This document shows positions 55,900-64,000 of a stretch of DNA of 64,000 bases, in pieces. The number at the start of each line of letters is the position of its first letter. Positions within the stretch are counted from its first letter, which is position 1. The stretch spans positions 23,002,001 through 23,066,000 of the forward strand of contig OZ038378.1 in assembly GCA_964036045.1 (NCBI GenBank), in the 5' to 3' direction. This DNA comes from Eutreptiella sp. 'Long Island Sound 2002' (lineage: Eukaryota > Protista > Euglenida). Under the pieces are notes generated by a model. The model worked only from the letters and a program-made list of their open reading frames with translations, had not been told where the DNA came from and did no database searches. A program made the translations under genes and the position numbers.

Positions 55900-57730
55900 G
55901 GATTCCCCGCCCAATGATTGGCTCCATCCTGGCACTCTTGGAGAGGCATTGACCGGCATTTTCCGACATACCCTTTGGTACTGGGGCTTCGGCTGTGCCT
56001 AAGTGGTCCGAAAGCGGATACTGTGGGGTGTGTCCTGACCCCCAATAAATGGAGGATTGTGGAGTGAGTTTTGAAACGTTGGAGGAAAGTGATGACTGGG
56101 GTGTGAGAGTGCGGACGTTGGAGTTTAGTGACGATTGAGGTGTAAGTGTGCAAACATTGGAGTGAAGTGAGGATTGTGGCGTGAGAGTCTTTTCACTTTG
56201 GAATACAATTTTGACTACAGTGATTGAGAATCCTGCTGTGTTTTGGCCTCTTGCTTGCCATGCATGAGCCTGAATTCTAGGCTGTGAGGTCACAAGGCCT
56301 GTACAGGCATGGCATCCTGTGTCGGTGTTGAGGGTGGGGGGCAGCCGGCGGGCCCGGAGTGGTCCCATCTTGAGAAGGTCTACAAGTTCCTTGTACCAGC
56401 GGTTCTGTTGGTCCACTATCCCCACTCTCCAGTGTACTCTTGATTCCCTATCACCCATTGCCTCGTGTAGGCTGCTGAGCGTGATCGCTCCCAGGACACT
56501 TGTCCCTCCAGGTGTTTCCAATCATTCAAGCGCCATGTGTCCAAGTTGACTGACAAGTTGGTGTGACACTGCAGCGAGCAAACAACATGCAAAGTGAATT
56601 CAGTCGGAACAATTTCAAAGAAACTACTTACAACAATATACTCTGCCTCTAGCGTCAAGATAGAATCTCCGGCTATTATGTGAAATTGTGGGGATGGGAT
56701 GTCCCAAAGGATGCCCCACATGCCACTCCATGGTTTGAGACATAAACTGCTACCCCAAGCTTCATGGGAGATTTTGGTGTCACCGCCCCCCCTCATGCCC
56801 CGTCTATCCCGTCGCTTTTTCCTCGCCTCTTTGGCGGTGTCAAACAAACAAGTCTAAATCACCCCCACGGGTGCATGGTGAGGCTTTCGAGTTTATCCCT
56901 CACTCGCAAAATGTCTTTGAGGCATTCACAAGTCGTGGCAATGACGTCTTGTGTTAGTGTCCCTTGTGGCAAGGTTTTCCATGACACCAGCACAACAAAG
57001 AACCTCTGCTGTACCGCCGTGGCCGTGTCTGATGGGAGTGTGCTTAGTGCCTCGCAGCAAACCAACTAGTGCATACACCACTGATCACACTACCCAACTC
57101 AGTATGTTCACCGTAGAAATCATGGAGTGATCGGAACGCATCCAAGATGGTTCATACCAGACATTGCCGCACACGTGCACTCCACTCAATCGCCGGACTA
57201 GTGCCAGTGTGTCCTACGGGTAGAAACATCTCCTAACACACATGCCTGTAATCTTGTAGCACCCCACACAAGGGACAGTCCTAAACCTGTACCACTTGGA
57301 ATTGTGCCAAGCGCTGTGCTACTGGTAGTTTGCGCCACAAAGAGATCAACACAAACTCCTTGAGCTCGAAAGGCACTTGATGCGCGAGCGGTGTTTCCCA
57401 TACGGACACCGGCTATCATTCCTCCACCTTCACATGCTGTCTGCATGCCTTCGGCACCCATGATAACCTCTACGCCTGTGGCGCGGGTGTGTGTGGTGTG
57501 TGTATTGTGTCCATCCCACAAGTGCCACATGCTTGCGTTACCGAACATTACGAGGAATAAGCTTTCTCCCCATGGGTTCCGGTTGCAACCAAAATTTGTC
57601 GGAGCATATGTGGACATGGGCCTTTTGGATGCGGAGAGAAATATTCTCCAAATGACAACTCGAGCCCCAAAATGAGAGAGAAATGAAATGAATGAGAAAA
57701 TGTGCATTGTCCTTTCCAACCCAAAGCCCA
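55900..57730 (-). pseudogene. Long decayed ORF of unknown family with a 13-aa repeat (LTPQSSLxSNVxT x4)
   Basis: Consecutive protein-like frames broken by stops and frameshifts; the repeat at ~56050-56195 shows synonymous codon variation. Confidence 0.4.
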
Positions 57731-60700
57731 AATTGCTTACTTGAGCTCACAAGAACAAATCCAAGCATTCCAAGACACAAAGTGAAACATGAGCGGTGCA
57801 ACATTGACGGTAGTCACACTTCAAGCAAGAAAATGATTGCATTCATCCCATCCGTTTGTGCCTCGCCCCTCCATTCTTCCCATACACATATACATACACA
57901 CGGAACGACAAAATGGATATGTACTCTTCTCAGCTTATGGTCAAAAATAGGTTGCATCAACATCAATGACGACTCAAACAACACTCGCAATGATGACATC
58001 AACATGCACATGCAAATGGGCATATGCAAAAAAAAAGTGTATCTTTGGCCAATGCTCTTTCCTTTGTCGTCGGACGAGGCGATGCGGCTGACAATTTTTT
58101 CCGTCTCCTTCAAAAAATTTAATCTATGCACCAAAAAATATTGCATGAATGTCTGCAAAGCAAAACTTGTATTCATGCCTGGCATGACTCAACAATTACA
58201 AGATGTTATTTATCCTATGGTATCGCATTGCAACAAAGTTCCTTGTTCTTGGCACTTTCTATAATATGTGTCACCCTTAGAAAGTCATAGAACCTTGGCT
58301 TTGGACCGAAGAGAACACCACTGTTGAGGACGGATGACACAAGTTCGACATGTGTACACCCAAGGGGGGGTAGCTGCAATCCCACACACCATGCTAGCAA
58401 GGTCCTACTGACAAAGACAAGCCCTTGACACAGTCAACACGCAAAAAAAGGACCAATAACATCACTCGCGAACGTCGGAACTCATGACAACGGACTTGGC
58501 TATCTGGTCGTTGTAGCTTGTTCCGGCGGTGTTCCGGTAGGAAATGTTCCGGGCCACCATCCGGAATGTTCTCACCGGAACAACCTTTGTGTTCAAGTGC
58601 ATGCCCAGGGTGTGCCTAGGTGTTGGGGGGGCTTTGGCAATGGGGGAAGTTCCCGCACCCTGCGAGGAGTCGTGTTCTCGCTCTCTTGAGCATTCCTCTC
58701 AAGCTCCTCTCAAGCTCCAAAGCCTCTCCATAAACAAATATGCCATTTCTACATTAGTAGACTATCCAAAACCGCATGTTCCAAAATACCACAAGTTTAC
58801 ATGCGCCCGGTGCATCCTAAGCTAAAGAACACGTCATCTCGGCCCCGGAATGCGCACCAATGACACATTGTCATGGGGTTGGATTGTGTAGCCTTGAGCC
58901 CACAACCATAGTTCCTTGGACACATGACATAGTGGTCTTAGGCAATCCAAGTCAACCAGTTTGTCCGTGTGGGTGCGATCATGCACTCAACGTTACAAAA
59001 TCACCCACGCCTAGCGTTGTGTGTTGTTGTTAGATCCGCCAAGTTGTGTGATGCCATGGCAGCCGTCCCAAATTTACATCAGCGCTATGCTAGTTGAATG
59101 GATGCGTTGCTAAAGAACATATGCGTCGAGCGCAACGGGACCTTTGATACCTCTATTCTACGGTCAAGCATCCTCCACAAGGCTGCACCCAAAATTGTCA
59201 TAACCTTTTTGCCGCTTGTAAGGAAACCCCCCCGCACCGCAACCAGCCCCCACCGCTGTGATGTCTTTTAAGGCTTGGCTTAGGGCCACATTCAGGGCCC
59301 ACCCACCTACCACTTCAAATTGGTACAGCGGATCCACAATCACTGAACACAAATGCATTCACGAGACGGTGGTTCGGGTTGTGTTGTCACGGTTGTCATG
59401 GCACAATCATGGATCAATAATCACGAACACAAATGCGATCACGAGAAAGACATGTCTCTGCACAAGGGTTTGGTGCAAGTTAGTTCGCCAAAAATTGGTT
59501 TGAAAAGATATGATGTTTCCCGTCACATTTGTGCCTTGCTGCCGTGCCTTGTGCTTCTTTTTAGTTGTTTTCTTCCTTACAAATGCTAGGTGGGTCCAAA
59601 AGTATCTTCCACTAGGGGTATGCATTTTGAAAATTGGTCTTCTGCGTTCTTTTTTGTGAGATCACCATGCCTGCAAAAAAAGACCCGGGTACGGGAAGTT
59701 ACCACCCACCTTGTCCATTTAGCGGATGCTCTCAGCCTTCACGATGGGAATCTCTTTGGGAAGCTCTTAGCGGAATGGGTTGTCTTGTCCCCACACGCTC
59801 GGCGCCAGTTTGCCGTGGCCATGCGTTTGGCCGAACCTAGTTGTGTTCAAGCAGGAGGCAATCGCTAAGTACACCTCTGAGGTCCTCCCCCTGGATGAGT
59901 GTTGCGAGCTTATCGTACACTTATGTGCGCCCACATCCTTGTGGCGTACACTCCCCGAGCTGTGAGGGTTGAAGTACACCGCAGCTACCGGGTTGCCATT
60001 AGCTTGCCCAATTTGCCTAGAGAGGGCTTTCTAGCAGCGCTAGCAAGAGCTATTGGCCCCGCTCGAGCTTGCCCCTCTGGTGAGCACATCCTACCCCAAG
60101 GCCACAGACGTCAACTGACCGTGGGCATAGTGGCTTCGTTACATTGCGAGCCAACCCCCGTTATGCCGCAGGATAGATTGGTCCTTCCCCTTGACATTCA
60201 TTGTTAGGGGGATCTATCCATGTGTTGGTGAGGAGTGGTTCCAATTGAGCGTGTCCTAGGCGAACATGGGCCTTTAGGGCCGTAACCCTGCATGTGTGTG
60301 GGTCATCAGGGTCACCATCTGCAGCAACAAAGCAATGGCCACTTTGGCAACCCTTTGGGAAGCCAATGTCAAGACAATGGTTCCGGCGGTGTTCCAATAA
60401 GTTGTTCTGGCCGTATTAGTCGTGTTCAAGCCTTTTGTTTGAATGCCCATTGGAACAATTTGGTTCTAATAATTTGCCTTTGTTTTTCTAAGCAATCTAG
60501 GGCGTTGTGAACACCAAACGGGTGGTCCACAACACCCGCGAGTAGCCGGATTATGTTTGGCTGGGTGGTGGCTTCCCATGGGGGTGTCACAACATTGGGA
60601 TTTCACTGGCCCCGCAAGTTGGGTCACTATACAATGAGGCCGTGTGGGACACCGTTGCCCGTGTTTGGCGGGGCAAAGATGTGGTCTAGACCACTGAAAC

Positions 60701-60789
60701 GGATCGTGCCCAGCAGACATCCTTCTTGTTGGGTACATGGTCCCTCAAAGAAGCTGGTTGCTCGGTGGACCCAGTGGTGGTCATCGGAC

Positions 60790-61330
60790 GCTGCCGGGTT
60801 GTCGTGTGCATTTTGCAATGTTGCATGGCAATGGGGCGGCTACAAATGGCCAACATCAAACAGCTGGCTAATGACCGCCTTGCCCCGGGTGACCGGGCAA
60901 CTCGCGCAGCCATACGGGCCACATTGCATGAACATCGCACGGGGTGCGTTCTAGGGAGGGATGCTTCCGCCGATGGTGAGGAGATGTCTCGCCTCTTTGC
61001 TGTGTGGCCAGATTTGGCCTTGTTATTGGCGGTTGCACCGGCTGAGCCGCTCCACATGGTTGTTATTGGTGTAGCATAAGTGCTGCTGGACCTTTACCAC
61101 ACTTATCAAGTGGCCCACGTCTCCAATGCCGGGTTGCGGTTGCTTCTTTCCGTGAGCATTGTGCGCTTGGTTCCGCATCCCACTACCTCTGTTTTTTACG
61201 AAAAATGCGTGTGTTGGAGGACATGTAGCCTTTTGGCATGGTGATAGCCTCCCACAACAATGTTGAGAGCCTCAATCGGTTCCTAAAGCAGGCCTTAACA
61301 AGCACACTGCCCAAGGCGGTGGCAAGCAAA
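60790..61330 (+). pseudogene. Decayed ORF, possibly the C-terminal part of a DDE transposase
   Basis: QMANIKQLANDRLAPG...SADGEEMSRLFAVWPDLALLL...*VLLDLYHTYQV...[frameshift]RKMRVLEDM*PFGMVIASHNNVESLNRFLKQ. Confidence 0.3.
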
Positions 61331-62249
61331 AGGTAACTGGGCAAAATTCTTGTGGACGCCCTGAGGTGTCTGTGAACTCGGACGACAACGCCCTGTGGCA
61401 AGTGCTGCAATGGGTGTTTCTGTTCTTCCACATTCACTTGCAGCAACACGATCTTGTTCGCCACGTTCCTTGTGCATGTCCCCATGGTTGCCCTCACTCT
61501 CCACCCCCCTTCCTTAGCTCACTCTTGTTCTTTGCTCCAAAACCTGGCCGGGCCCATCAGTAGAGATATGCTAGTCATATTGACGGCCTTGTTCAGGGGA
61601 CCGGAAATATGCAGATGCATCATGTTGTTGTGTGTATCATTGCATCCCATGTCACTCTGTGCATCATAGCGTGCCGTGTCATTATGTGCATCACATCGTC
61701 GTGTGCATTACAAAATGCCATGGCCCCAAGTGCCCTTCTGTGTGAACCATTGCATGCACTGGCCTTTCAAATTACGCTGTACCGCAAGTACTCATTTGGA
61801 TTTGATTTGACTTGATTTGAATTGTTAATTGCTGAATTTGTTAAGTGGCGCCCCACACCACGTGGACGAGGCGAAATACCACCGCCACGTCTAAGGATAG
61901 ATGCTATCCCGTGAAGTGTGGGACGGACACCCGGCGTGACCAGTAGGAGGTGCGGTAGAGGACTTTGTCCACACAGTTGCGACAAGCCTTGGCCGCCCTC
62001 AGAGAGGACTTGGAGATACCCGTGAGTGCGGACATCCGCCTTCCCCTCGTATCATAGGGGTGAATGGGTCCACAAAATAGTGTGCCGTCCTCCCCTTGAA
62101 CCTGTTCCGACGACATTCGGGTCACTTGTTCTGGCGGTGTTCCACTATGTAACAGGGGAAAACGCTAGAATGTTGCAAGAACATCGGCGGAACAACTTAT
62201 CGGAATGTCGCCGGAACACATTTTTTTGTTGTCCTCTCTTTCGGTTGGG

Positions 62250-63150
62250 GACGTGCAGATTAATCGCGGCGACCCAAGGCGGTGTGCCTCATCATGCGGT
62301 GGCCTAGTTGTGACCCGCGGCCAATGCATTTGACTGCATTGCTGCAGCTGTTGCACCCGCGGCCAATTGTATCACTCAAGGTGTTGACGGCCATGGGTCA
62401 TCGGCTAGCAGCAAATTGAGGGCTGGGGCGGCATCGATGACCCTTCCCCTGTGCCCACGCACCGGCAACAGCTGCCAGCGGAAGGACCCCCCACTCTAGC
62501 CCCCCCCCCCCTTGGTCCCCAAACCAAACCCCGACCCAAAGCCCACAGCCCTTGCCAAACACCCCCAAATGAAGAGGAAGCAGCTTCGTGGGGAGTGCTC
62601 TACACTACTAGCTACAGAGCCCTCCTCTGAGTCCTCAACGGACTCCTCCTCCACGGATTCCTCCCTTTCCTCGATTTCTTCCTCTTGTTTGCTGACCCCC
62701 CCCCCACACACACACGGTGCAAGACCTCCCCCGAGCCCCCAAAAGGGAGGAAAGCCCCCCGTGCCCCAACCCCCCAAGAAGGCCTCCAAGGCCACCGCCA
62801 AGGCACCACTTGTTTTGCCCCATCCCTCTCCCCAAACCCGAAGAGCCGACATGCCTACCAACACCCCACAGCCCAAGCCCAAGCCCAAGCCCAAGCCATG
62901 GGCAAGGGGGGGAGGGGGGTGCAAGTCCAAGACGGGGGAAATGTGTATGCCGTTTTTTGCCACAAGGGAGAGTGGGGGATTGAGAACGGCAAGGAGGCCT
63001 TTGCCCAGGGTGCCCCCCCTTAAGGGGAGACATGGTTGTGTTTTCCAGGGGACGAGGAACTTTTTACGTGCCGAAGCTCGTGCGTGGCAGACTCGAAGGC
63101 AGACCAAGAAAATTCCTCGAGAAGGAGAAGGAGGAGAAGGAGGCGAGTGA
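62250..63150 (+). other. Low-complexity Pro/Ser/Lys-rich frame, possibly a decayed element ORF
   Basis: 212-aa open frame with an upstream broken continuation; no domain recognised. Confidence 0.2.
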
Positions 63151-64000
63151 AGAGAAGGAGGGGGATGCGGAGCACGGACACGGACAACAAGGATAGGGAC
63201 GGGGATGGGAGCGGGGATGGGGGGGACCATGGGGATGGGCAAGGGGCAGGTAATGGTGCTCCCGAGGTTAGTGCTCACCGGGATGATGGTATGGGGGTAG
63301 GGTCGATGGGGTGGAGGGTGAAGGGGTGGTGGCTGGTAAGGGGGCAAGGGAGGGTAGTGGGGCCTGTGGGGAAAGCTCTGTGGCGCCCTACAGACCCCCT
63401 TACAACCCAAGACAACTCGGCGAGGGACGCGCAAAGAGACTAACCCCATGTGCCCTTGCCAGAACCTTGACCAACAATGTATGTGCCACTCACCCTTTAT
63501 CCACCCTTTACTCTTTGTGTGCTTTTTCTGGTGGTTTTCCGGTAACTGGTTCCGGCGGTGTCCCGGTGGTGTTCTAGCAAAAAATGTTTTTGAAACCAAC
63601 TTTTTCACGTGCGACAATGTGGGAAACGAAGGTACCAGTGGGCCGCCCCTCAGCAAGCAAACAACATATTTTCCTATCATGTATGGCTAGAGTTGGTTGG
63701 GGAGGAAATGGACTTCGAACTTTTTCATTCCGGCCACTTTCATTCGAACACCGGAACAATTTGGCCGGAACAACCTTTGTGTTCAAGTGCGTGCCAAGGG
63801 CATGTATGTGGGGCACAATATAGAGGTGGCAATGCCAGGGCTTAGGCCACATGGACCCACCCTCCCCTTCCCAAACCCGGGTCATACCTTTTCCCACTGT
63901 GACGTGCAATCTGCGGTGCATCCCACATTAGCCACCACTATGGGGAGTTTCCTCCATGCCATGTTGCAAAAGAGTTGGTGCTCATGTTCCACTGTGCACA

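Noticed and set aside
57540-57620. RLQPKFVGAY resembles a gypsy integrase GPY/F motif
   Set aside because: It is an isolated 10-aa match with no integrase core, RT or LTRs nearby, and the opposite strand has the longer frame.
62496-63680. 394-aa minus-strand ORF
   Set aside because: Low-complexity Pro/Gly/Leu text typical of GC-rich antisense frames; no domain recognised.

Overview
Repeat-rich, intron-containing eukaryotic DNA. The RSP4/6 sequence style and spliceosomal introns suggest a euglenozoan (euglenid or diplonemid); this is inference. Two host genes can be reconstructed on the minus strand with every junction in frame. One is a 6-exon radial spoke head protein RSP4/6 (27600->18694, 574 aa). 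The other is a 5'-incomplete UPF1-like SF1 helicase with at least 5 exons (53634->34572), whose 11.75-kb intron 2 holds a ~7.8-kb foldback/palindromic modular repeat with three near-identical 1591-bp units. The first 16 kb is a transposon nest: a MITE built from palindromic TTCGTACGAA units, a defective pogo-like element and its deletion derivative, and two related RT-less ORF-bearing elements (A and B) arranged head-to-tail. A and B are punctuated by five copies of a 17-bp core, TGTACTATTAACGAGGG. Element B is interrupted by a 5'-truncated L1/Tx1-like LINE (12-bp TSD) encoding endonuclease, RT, zf-RVT and a cellular-type RNase H1. The regions 27.7-33.7 kb and 54-64 kb hold decayed ORFs of uncertain origin. 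The most interesting signals are the core-delimited A/B array, the RNase H1-bearing LINE whose 3' UTR resembles its host element, and direct repeats at all nine intron junctions.
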